A stretch of DNA of 64,000 bases from Camelus ferus (taxonomy: Eukaryota). Made by a program: the position numbers and the translations under genes. The stretch is from positions 46,440,001 to 46,504,000 of the forward strand of contig NC_045697.1 in NCBI RefSeq assembly GCF_009834535.1, written 5' to 3'. The notes beneath the pieces are model-generated. The model was given only the letters and a program-made list of their open reading frames with translations. It ran no database searches and was not told the DNA's origin. This document shows, one piece after another, positions 38,565 to 49,704 of the stretch; position 1 is the first letter of the stretch, and every line of letters begins with the position of its first letter.

Positions 38565-41500
38565 TTATTTTGGGTAAAGTTTACATAGAGTTAGAGTCAC
38601 AGCTAGTAAGTGTGTACTTTAATGAGTTTTGACAAATTCACACAAACATAACACCCCAAAGAACACTGCTATGACCCAGAATGTTTCCTCATCCTCCACT
38701 GCATCAGTCTCTCTCATCCATAGGCAAACACTCTTCTATTTCCATCACTAATAGTTTGGTATGTTCTTGAACTTCAATGGAACTACCCAGCATGTATTTA
38801 TTTATGCTAGTTTTTTTTAAAATAGATTTTTGAGATTCATCTCTCTAGTTGCATGTATCAGTAGGTCACTCTGCTTTTATTACTCAGTAGTATTACACTG
38901 TGTGATATGCAGTGATTTATGTATCTTCCCTTCTTTTGGTACACCTCTAGATTGTTTCCAGTTTGGAACTATTATTAATAAAGCTACAATATAAACACTT
39001 TTATAAGTTTTACATGGACCTATGTTTTGATTTCCTTTGGGTAAATACTGGGAGTTGAAGTGCCAGGTCATATGAAAGGTGTATGTTTAAGAACTGCCAA
39101 ACAGTTCTCCAAGTGTGGGTCAGTTTGCACCGTCACCATCATCACATAAAAGGGATCCGTCTGCTCCACAGCCTTGCCAACATTCTGCGTCTTCAGTCTT
39201 TTCAGATGTGTGTTGTTTAATTTTCAAATATTGGAGAATTTTCTAGATCTGTTTCTGTTACTGACTTCTGGTTTGAATCCATTATGACCTTAGAACAGAT
39301 TCTGTGTGAATTATTTTCTTTCACAGATGGTAAAGTTTGTTTTATAGCACAGAGTATTGTCTGTCTTGATGAGACTGAGTTTATGTTCAAATAATATGAC
39401 ACCACCCCACACGTGGTAAGGACCTTGTAACAATGTATTCCGAATTCCTTCCCCTCATCCTTTGCTGTACAGTGTCATATATTTTAATTTTTACATATGC
39501 TATGAACAGGCAATACACTGTTAACCATCTTTTGCTCCAAACAGTTATCTCTAGAGCAGCAAAAGTTAAGAAAAACATACACTTAATTTATTTAATTTAT
39601 TCCTTTTCCAATGCTCTTCATATTTTGTATAAATTTAATTTTCTTACATTTTTTTCTGCCTGAAGAACTTCCCTGAATATTTCTTTCCAAGGTAGCCTGC
39701 TAACAATAAATTCATGAATTTTTATGAGATCATAATTTTTTGCTTGTTTGAGAAAATATTTATTTCTCCTTAATTTTTGGATTATGCACTACTGGGTCTG
39801 GAATCTGACCGACCATCTTTCTTTTTCCTCCAGCACTTGAAAGATACTACTCCACTGTGTATTTTCTTGCATGTTTCTAATGAGAAGTCTACCATAATTC
39901 TTATCATTGTTTCTCTGTAGGTACTATGTCTTTCTTCCCTGATTCTAAGAGTTTCTTTTTGTCTTTGGTTTTTAGCAATTTGAACTGGATATGATAGGTG
40001 TTCCCTTCCCCCACTCCCAAACTCCATGCTTTTCTGAGCTCCTTGTATCTGTGGTTTAGTGTCTTGTCATTAATTTTGGAAGATTTTCAGCCGTTATTTT
40101 TTCAAGAAATACTTTGGCATCATTTGCTCTTTTCCTTCTAGGATTCTAATTATTCACATATCAGACTGTTTGATACAATCCCACAATTCATGGGTGCTTC
40201 CCCCATTTTCACTTTTTTCTCCTTGGGTTTCAGATTGGGCAATTTTTATTGACTTATCTGTGAGTTCACTGATCCTTTCCTTGGTTGTGTAAAGTCCATG
40301 GTTGTAGAGAGTCCACTGAAGGTGTCTTTATCTTTGTTTTTGTGTTTAATATTTCTAGCATTTCCATTTGATTGTTGTAGTTTCTATTTTTCTCATAAAA
40401 ATATCTGATCTTACATGTGGTATACCTTTTCATTGAGTCATTAACATATTAATTATAGTTACTTTAAATTCTTTGATATTTCCACATTGATATCATATAT
40501 TTGACTCTAGTTCTGATGATTACTTTGTCTTTTTAAACTTTTTTTTCATTTTCATATGCTTTGTAATTTTTTTTAAAGCCGGATATATTTTATAGCACAG
40601 TAGATACTGATCTTAATGCATTTTTATATTTCGATATGTGTATGCCTATCCTTATGCTAGGCTTGTAGTGTGGAGGACTATGTTAATATGCTCAGGAGAT
40701 GGGCTGGATTTGCAGTTTGTAGCACAGGCTTCAAATTCCTCTAGGTTTAGGGTGTGGGTGGGTTTTCTAGAGCTTTTTCTCCAGTATCTTCTTCCCAGAG
40801 AGAGTATAGCTCCCCAGCTCTATCCCACTGTTAAAATTATCAGCACTCGTTGGCATGGTGATGGGAGGTGGAGAGAGATGCTCTCTGATGTTATTAATTC
40901 AACTTCATTCTTAGGCAGGATGAACCTGGGTCTCAGAGTGGTGTGACCTTCACAAGTGTTCCTGCCCTTGCTCCAGCTATAGTACATATAACTTTGCTTA
41001 GCGCACATTCCTGCCCCTTCCCCAAAGGTAGAACTTAACTTTTCCTGTTTCTCTTTTCTCTAGCTTTAACAGGTTTCCAACAGTGTCCTAAGCAAGAGTT
41101 TTGTGGCTTTTCTCCCTGCGGACTGTCTCCCTATAGGGGAGTCAGGGACATGGGCTTGGGTGGCGTTTTGATGGTGGTTGCAGTTCCCCTCCCCTGATGA
41201 GTGTCATGAGGGAATTGTTCTCAGGAATCTACACAGTTTTCTCAGTGAGGACCTCGTGTGGTTCATGGAGGAAAAATATATTAAAGGGCATAGACTCCCC
41301 TATACATGCAGCCACAAAAGACTTTATACTTGCTCATCAATATGTATTTGGCCTTTAGTAATTCATTCAGAAATTTTAACTGACTCTTTTTACAGGCTTA
41401 CATGGCACATGGTGGCATTTGACTCAGGTATACAAATGCTTGGTTCCTTTTTATCTGGGAATTTTTTTCCCTGAAGTTAAAGGTTTCTGATAGATTCAAG

Positions 41501-42330
41501 AAAAAGTCATTAATTTGAAGTTTGAGAAGTTTTTTGTTTTGTTTTGGTAAGGGTGATATCAACGTTCTTTACTGCTAGAGAGCAGCATCTCTGAGATGAA
41601 ACAGGAAGTTTACCTATGTTCTTACTATATCTATTTTAATGGAAGTGAAGTGGCATCTCATTGCGTTTTTCAGTTGAATTTTTTGATGGCTAATGATATT
41701 AAGCATCATTTTCTATGGTTATCAGCCATTTGTATATAGTGTAGTTGAAAGATTTTTATGCTCAAGTTTTTTACACAGTGCTTAGTTGTTTTTCTGGTCT
41801 ATTTATTATTGATTTGTAAGTACTCATTACATATTTTGGATATAAGCCTTTGTTATATAGATGCATTGCAAATATCTCTTCCTTGGCTATGACTTGCCTT
41901 TTTGTTTTTTAATTATTGATGAAGAGAAGTTTTTCATTTATATGAAATCAGCTCACCAATTTTTGTGGTTCTTGTTTTTTGTGTCTTTTTGCCTAGATCA
42001 ATAACAAAAATTTTCTCTTATTATTTTCTTACAGGAGCTTCATGATTTTAGATTTTATGTTTAAGTCTATGATCCATCTCAAATTAATTTTTGTGTGTGG
42101 TGCAAAGTAGAAATAAAGGTTAAATTTTTTTTCTGAATATTCATGTAGTTGTTCCCAGCAGCACCTGTTGAAAAGTATTCCTTCTCCCACTGAATTATGT
42201 TGTTACCTTTGTTAAGAAACAGTTGGCCACATATATACGTGCTGTGCTCCTTATTCTTTTCATCGATATGGTTAAGCATCCTTAACCCAATGTCATACAA
42301 GCGTGATTACTCTAGCTTGACTGCGTGTCT
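38565..42330 (-). mobile_element. Ancient LINE-1 3' UTR/ORF2 end in two parts (about 38565-39210 and 41615-42330) flanking a second L1
   Basis: ORF 38880-39071 (IVALLIIVPNWKQSR, similar to IAALFIIAKNWKQPK) and ORF 42079-42300 (YICGQLFLNKGNNIIQWEKEYF, similar to IYGQLIFDKGAKxIQWxKDSLF) match the ORF2p C-terminus. The host is collinear across the gap. Confidence 0.85.
39215..41610 (-). mobile_element. LINE-1 5' UTR, decayed ORF1 and an ORF2 endonuclease fragment, nested in another L1
   Basis: ORF 39782-40027 (QKETLRIREERHSTYRETMIRIMVDFSLET) is ORF1p-like. 39217-39390 resembles the end of the ORF2 endonuclease domain. The 5' terminus acttcctgtttc lies on the minus strand near 41610. Confidence 0.8.
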
Positions 42331-43929
42331 TTGTTCTTTGATGTTATATTGAATTTGGATGGTGTTTTATGTTGTGGTGAGAGGGAACTGGAGTTAGAGT
42401 CATAAGACTCAGAGTCTTTTATCTGTTTCAATTTCACAAACTGAGAATTTAAACCTTCTGAGCTCTTCTACCTTCTCTCTATATATATTTTCTTTATTTA
42501 TTTTCTTTTTATCTTGTATTTATTTTAGAAATTAAAATATAATATCCATCTTACCTATACATCATATAAATGCTTTGAAACAGCATTGCGTTATACAGAG
42601 TTATAAAGAATTTTATATGTGCCTTATTTGATAAGCCATGTGTAAGTCTTTAGAAGCTTCAGATTTTTATTTCTGATTTTGACTTAAAGACAAGGAGAAC
42701 CAGTGACACAAAGCCATAGAAGAATGACTGTTGTATTTCAATTAAAATAGGGCCTCTTTTCTTCTCATCACCCAATACCTCTATCTATAGTCAGGCAAAA
42801 ACCCAATTAGATATTAATTGATGTGCATTAAAATTCATTAACTCTGCATGTGAGGCCTGGGCTATAATTAACTGTCTTTCTTACCTTTTGTTCTGAAATC
42901 TCTAGGTAAAAGACCCCGTTGTTAATAAGAAGGAGGGAAACAGTTTTGCCGTCTGTAGTTAGTTAGATGCAAGGTCTTCAGACGGCTGGGTGCCTTAGTA
43001 CCCAAATGTCTGATCATAACCAAGCAACACTGTCAAATATCCCAAACTATTTTCCTCCATGAAGTTTATCTTTGGTATGTTTGAAGAGGGAAAAAAAATT
43101 AATGTTAGTTTAAATGTTTTGATCTCATAATATTTACACATTAAATTACACTTTGTGTATGTCTTCAACAAAATAAAACTTTATATTCAAACTTAAGATC
43201 CAAAAAAAAACACTCCCTGAATGTGAAGTTTCAAATGAATAGTTTGATATTTATCAATTTTAAACTAGATATATTGAAATCACTCTATATTTGCCTAAAA
43301 GACATCTTACAAATGAGTGATAGACAAAATAAATTACCTCAAACTCAACTGAAGTAAGAGTTTTCCTAAATAGCTTGCACTAGCTTCTTGGCATGATATC
43401 TGGATAGATTTACAGTCACAGTTATATTGGACCTTTGTTATCTGTAATCTACGAAAATAACCAAAAAAGTAACTATTATTCCCTAGAATCTCAAGATCCT
43501 TAAAAACTAATTATGCACAGACTTTAAGTGAAGAATTTAACCCCATTTTACACTGAATTCCATCCACGTGTAGACTCAAAAGAAAGAAAACCATGTGAAA
43601 TGAGAAACGAAGAAAATTTAAAAATTATAAAATTTACAGAAAACCATTAAGAAGTTTTAATCCTTCCACTTCTCCACTCTTTAAATTGGACAACGGGGGC
43701 CCCATGATTTAAATGACTTTTCCAAAGCTGTAATTCTGGTAAGTGTCAGAATCATAGGAAAAACCTGTTTCTACCTGATTCACAACCAGTTCTCTCCAGG
43801 ACATAATAAACGTAATTCTCAGTTCATGCTTGAGTCTAGAAAACTATCACTCATTTCTCCATTAATCTGGATATCCTGTAGATGGCTCAGACTCCCAGAA
43901 GATGACAACGACATGTGGTGCTCACAGCT

Positions 43930-44150
43930 GATATTTATTTCAGAGCTATTATGTTGTAGGCATTGTTCTAAGTATTTACATCTATTAAATCATTTAACCC
44001 TCCGATTAGTCTTGTGAGATAGGTCCTATTATTATCATCTCCATTTCACAGATGAAAATGCTGGGGTTCAGAGAAGTCAAGTAACCTGCTCAGAATCTCA
44101 CAACTAAAAAGTGAAGGTCTGTGCTTAAAAGCCTATGCTCCTAACCTCTG
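43930..44150 (-). mobile_element. MIR SINE
   Basis: aggcattgttctaagtatttaca...ctccatttcacagatgaaaatgctggggttcagagaagtcaagtaacctgctc. Confidence 0.85.
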
Positions 44151-44464
44151 CATATGAACGTTCATATGTGATCACGGCCTATTGTGGTTAAGTGATACAT
44201 ATGAGTCCAATTCCATAATACCAGCATTATGAGAAATTTCTCCAAATTTTTAAAACATTTTCAAATAATTACCTATTGAATTACGAATTAGACAATTTTC
44301 TCTTAGGTCTTGCTGTTTTAGATTCTCAGGTGAGAAATGGTTGACGGACAGGGTTCTCTTTCATTATTTATATACTTAAAATGCTAAGACGTTATTGAGT
44401 ATGATGTATTCTGATTCTTCATGGTCTCTTTGCTCACCCCTCCTCCCTTAATGCCAATTACCCA

Positions 44465-45232
44465 CATCTTCCTTGGTCCTGGGCCCCTCTTCTCCTTCAC
44501 TTTTCTCTCTCTAGGTGCTTCCATTCAGTCTTTGGGCTTTAAATCCCTGTATATACCCATGGCAACTAAATTTCTATCTCTAGTCATGACCACTGAGTTT
44601 CAAATTTAAATATTTGCTGATTTGCCTTTTGACATCTCCACTCAAAGTAATAAATCCCTCAAATTTAATGTAACCTAAATAGAACTCTGTAATCCCTTCT
44701 GCCCTCAAACACAGATCAGAAAACAAAAGCAAAAGCAAAACTTACTCTTAGTTCAATACTTTCCATATTAGGTAATACCACCCTCATCCATCCCCCAAAA
44801 TAGAAGTCACTCTTAATCTCTGTCCTCTCATCCTCCACAATCAATCCTTTAGCACATCCTCTCAACTTTCTTCCAAACCATACTTCATGTCCATCTTCTT
44901 TATTTCTTCTTCCTGCTGTCATTCTAAGCCAAATCGCTGACATCTCTTGCCTGGATTACTTGGAAGCCTGACATCTGACGTCCTGGCTTCCACTCGTTCC
45001 CCTATCTAATAAATTCTCTATATGCCAGCTAGAGGAACATCTTTAAAATGTAAATCTCAGTATGTTGCTCATATCACTTCCCTGCTCAAAAACCTCCAAA
45101 GCTTATCCATTACATTTTGCATAAAAAACAGCTCTTCACCATAACCTCCAAGACTCTATGTGATCTGTCTTGCTTACCTGTCTGATCTCATTGTCTGTGA
45201 CTCTTCTCTCTACTACTTACATTCTAGCCACA
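44465..45232 (+). mobile_element. L2 LINE internal 3' portion
   Basis: gacatctccact...catctcttgcctggattact...tcacttccctgctcaaaaacctccaaagcttatccatt. Confidence 0.8.
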
Positions 45233-45745
45233 AAATTTTGGCTAGAATCTCAGTTGCTTGAAAAAAATGAAGCATACTTTATCTGGGTGCTTTGCCCTAA
45301 GAATATATTACTGAAGATTAGGAGTTTCAAAAAAAGAGAAAGAATCACCAATGTACTGTACTTTTCTTCAATCACCTCCTGGGAAGGGGATTCCTTCCCC
45401 AGCCTCCAAGCCCAGTAGTTTCAGGGACCTTCTCAGATTCCTCAATATGGGGTGGGAGAGGATGAAGGATACTTTCACATGAAGATGTCTGAAGGTTAAT
45501 AACCTGATAGTGGAAGAAAAGAGAATATTACAGGAAAAGAAAGAATACTGTGAATTTTCCCAGGGGGCTTATTGAGCCCTTAAAGGACAGAACTTGAAAT
45601 TGATCCCTGTCTGGAGGGGCAACAGACAGTCTATGTGGAATGGACTGCTGAAAGCCAGGGGCTGAAGGGCTACCAAGAACATTCAGCTGTAAAGAATATT
45701 TCCCATACCAGGAAATCCTTAGTGAATGGTTAATAGCAACAATGG

Positions 45746-46106
45746 TGCTATGGACTGAATTGTGTCCCCCTAAAATTCATCTATTGCAACTCTAACTCCA
45801 AATGGTATTTGGAGATGGGTTTTGGGGAGATAATTAGGTTTAGATGAGATCCTGAAGTTGGGGCCCTCATGATGAGATTATTGCCCTTATAAGAGGCACA
45901 CTAGAAAGTGTTCTCTCTTCTCTCCAGTGGGAAGACACACAAACAAGAAAGTCATTTACAGGCTAGGAAGAGATCTCTCACCAAAAACCAACCATGTTGG
46001 CATCTTGGTCTTAGACTTCTAGCCGCCATCACTGTGAGACAATGAATTTCTGTTGTTTGCCAGCAAACTATGAAATTTTTTATGGCCGCCAGAGCTAACT
46101 AAGACA
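45746..46106 (+). mobile_element. MaLR solo LTR, MLT1A/A0-like, with 5-bp TSD
   Basis: tgctatggactgaattgtgtcccc...gagctaactaagaca, flanked by AATGG/GATGG. Confidence 0.92.
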
Positions 46107-46699
46107 GATGGTTTCCATTTACAGATGAAAATTTTCTATAAGAGAAAGAATTCATTTCTTGTCACGTGCCACATTCAAGGAGATTAACCCCAGATTAAAA
46201 CCAGAAAGGCAACAAAGATTTTACTCTTTTTATGTACTCCCACCTCCCTTGCTTGGTCTGGCTGGGCTTGAAACAGCACCCAACAGGTTGGGAGGAGACA
46301 GTACATGGGACAGGAAGAATGTGACCAAAGTCCCCCTCTACCCCCAGGTTTCTGAAGCTGGGCCAGGCCTAAGCCAGAGGAGAAGAAACGCTTTAAATTG
46401 GATAACAGAGTAAAGCTTTTTAAAAATAGTAAATAGCAGCTAGCTTTTCCCCATATGATAAAAGATGAGAAAAATAATGGGATCCACCTAAGAGTTAATC
46501 CAGAGTCCAGGAAGAACAAGTCAACAAAGTCAGCTTGAAGGGACAGTGGTAAAATGAGTAGAGTTGCTTTCCGGTTTTCTCTACAAAATACAGGTTAATT
46601 AACCAGATACGCAATACCTACTACAGAAGGGCATGGAAATACCCTATAGGAACACATGGAAGTGACTGGGGTCCAGGGAGTGTGGAGCGATTCATGTTG

Positions 46700-47260
46700 C
46701 CTGTTGGGTCAGTAAGGCTGCAGAGAGAAAAGGGACTGTGAGCTGAGACTTTAAAAATAAACAGAACATTCATATAAGATGAACAGAAGGAGGGAGATAA
46801 AGACATTCCAAGAGGAGTTAATAATGTAGGCAAAGGAAAAGAAACTTGAAAGTCCTTGAGGGCTCATGGAATGGCGCTAGAGAACAAAGTGTTCATGTCA
46901 GAGAGAGATGGAGATGATTCTACAAAGGTAGCCTGGGACCACCTGTGCCTTGTTAAGTAATCTAAACTTGATCAACAGAAGTAATGGTGAGTCACTAGAG
47001 ATTTTTTAGACAGAGTAATGACTTTGAAAATTATGTGTATGTTGGAGTAAAAGAGGTTGCTAATGGGACACATTTAGAGAGATTAAAATGGGGGGATTGA
47101 GAATGGAACTTGGGGAAAACTCTCCCATGTAGAGGTGAGCAGAAGAGGATCCAGTGAAAAGTCAGGAACGGTCACAGAGGGAGAGAAAACCCAGAAATAG
47201 TGTCACAGAAGCCCGATGAGAAGAGTGCGTTTAAGGGGAAAGTGGACGGTGTCAGAGCCT
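46700..47260 (-). mobile_element. Degenerate L2
   Basis: agacattccaagagg...ggcaaagg...ggtgagtcactagagattttttagacagagtaatgac...agtgtcacagaagcc. Confidence 0.55.
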
Positions 47261-47502
47261 GCAAAGCGGTCACAGAAAAGAGGCTGAAAGAGACTCCAGG
47301 TTCCAAACCTGTTGTGTTTTATTTTCCACATTTGGAAAATAAAGACCATATTTGGGTAGTTGAGGTGCTGCAAAACAAACAAAATGAAACCAAGTTCTAG
47401 CAAATCCAGATTTTTAAGAAGTGACTAATAAAGGTTTAAATTATTTTTTGCACTGCTAGAGAATCGTATCAGCTAGGGTGCTGAGAAACTCAGGGATTTG
47501 TT

Positions 47503-47605
47503 CAATAGAAGTATAGTCGATTTACAATGTTGTGTTAATTTTTGGTGTACAGCATAGTGATTCATTTATATATATACATTTCTTTTCAGAGATTTTTTTA
47601 CATTG
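47503..47605 (-). mobile_element. Cetartiodactyl-type LINE-1 extreme 3' end (L1_Art-like)
   Basis: gaagtatagtcgatttacaatgttgtgttaatttttggtgtacagcatagtgattca. Confidence 0.85.
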
Positions 47606-47759
47606 TTTCAGGTTTCCTCCAATTTTAAAGAGTTTTCCCAGGATTTTGTAACTGAGAGATATAATCAATATTTTAAAAGTTGTAGAAAATCATCCAGTTT
47701 CACCAAAAGTTATGTTTAAAAAGTAGAAATAAAGTCCTTTCTTTATAAGGAAGTGTAAC

Positions 47760-47958
47760 TGGAATTTTAATGTGAGGGGGACCCTTGTGTCATCTTGTGC
47801 ATCCTCCCCCAACCCCACCTCTGTTTTGCAGATGAGGAAACTGGAGTTCAGAGGTCAAATGACTTTCTCAATGTTACCTGGATAGTTATTGGCAAGAACG
47901 GGAACAGAAGTCAAGTCTCGTGATACCTCTTTAAGGGTGTATTTTCACTATATCACAC
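47760..47958 (-). mobile_element. MIR-family SINE
   Basis: gttttgcagatgaggaaactggagttcagaggtcaaatgactttctcaatgttac. Confidence 0.75.
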
Positions 47959-49499
47959 TGGTGCTTCTTAAAAATTAGTGACTGGAAAGTAGAAGATGAT
48001 CATTAGCAATGAGATGAAGCCCAAGCAGATGCTCTGGTGAGGTGAAGCTTATGGCACGGAGCAGAGACACAATTAACAAATACTGTTGGATTTGCCATGG
48101 AGGAAGTGAGTTTTACGACTCATAACAAAACTCCACAAAGGGGGATTTTGGCAGTTTCAATTCAACTTTCAGCAGCCCTTGCTTGAGGCTCAGCTTGCTT
48201 AATGGGCTGAACTACCCTAGGTCCTCCTGGGGCTCATTAGATCAATGACTGCCGTCTTTAGACCTTGGGTTTTGGAGCCGAAGCTGCTTGTGCTGCAAGA
48301 GGCAAACTAGCACTGACTGTTAATATTAAAGAGCAATAGATCATTGGGACTTAAATTAGCGGAAGCAATTCCAGTTCTCTTTTGAGGACAGAGAGACATC
48401 ACGCAAAGCATGGGATGAAAGTATGCTGTCAACTATATTTTAATCAGAGAAACTTGAATCAGCAAAGTCATGTATGAGCTATATCTTCTCCTGGTTTTCC
48501 CCCTTCATTCTGGGTCACATCAATAAAAGTATTATTTTCTCCCCATTGGCCAAGAGATAAATGTTGCATTAAGAAAAAAAACATACGGCAAAAATGGGGG
48601 AGTTACTTGTTTCTCTGAGTAGCATAAATAATGATGAAACTGCAACAAAATCTAACTCACAAATCTGCCAGGCAGGTAAACCCCGAGTAATTAATTCAGG
48701 CAGCCCTTATAATGGTTGCTACCAATTTATTTTCCAAACCACAGTGCCTTAAATTTGTGTCTTTCTTCTCAAGACCTCTAGGATTTCTAGACAATAAAAT
48801 GATAAAGTTTTTAAATGGGAAAAATATTTTTAAAAACATATGGGTATGTAAAGAAACAAAGGTAGCTTTCACCAGCCTCATGGCCTCACAGCCTAGTAAC
48901 CGGTGGCAATAAGATGTTCTGGTCCGGTGAAGAGGGAGAGGAACTTTGGGCTTGCTGTCTATGTGGACGACCTGTCAAAGTCGAATCAGTTGAAAGAAAT
49001 TTTGCTGAACTTCACTATCAGTGATACTTTTAAGACTGGATGTGCTCAATTGCAATGTTTTTTGCCCCTGAAAGGGTTTCTCCTCAAAGGAGGGAGGCTG
49101 CATTAGCCTGTTTAGAAAACATTGCAGAAGTGATGCTAATTCAAATAAGAGTTCATTTCTTGCAAAACCCTCTGGGGAACTTAGATGGTTCAGTTTTCAA
49201 GTTTAGACTAAAGATGAGAATTAGTGAAATGAGAAGATGGGGCTGAGTCTTGCCGGCCTGCCTTGTCATAAGGACTGAGAAGTGCACACTAAATCTGCTG
49301 ACAACATATGCACTTTAGTTATGAAAATCGGAATGAACAACGTTCTGTCACAAGTTTGCTGCCTGTATTCAATTCTAACCTTCATTCTGTTGGGGAATTT
49401 TCACATCGAACTGGGTTTGATATTTCACTCTGCCAAGAATAATCGCTAAAGAAAGCGGTGCATACTGACCACTGTGATTCATTAAAAAATATTAATCCT

Positions 49500-49704
49500 G
49501 ATGCACACTACCACATATAAAATAGATAAACCACAAGGCTTTATAGTAGAGCACAGGGAACTATATTTAAAATCTTGTAATAAACTGTAATGGAAAAGAA
49601 TAAAAAAGAATGTATGTATATGTGTGTGTGTGTGTGTGTATCTGAATCACTTTGCTGTACACCTGAAGCTAGCAAAATATTGTAAATCAACTATACTTCA
49701 ATAA
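49500..49704 (+). mobile_element. Cetartiodactyl-type LINE-1 3' end (L1_Art-like) with an internal (TG)n microsatellite
   Basis: aaaatagataaaccacaagg...gcacagggaactatatt...tgaatcactttgctgtacacctgaagctagcaaaatattgtaaatcaactatacttcaataa. Confidence 0.88.

Noticed and set aside
44307..44329. 23-nt microexon (ctcttag|...CAG|gtgaga)
   Set aside because: Very short, sandwiched between MIR and L2, with no independent support.
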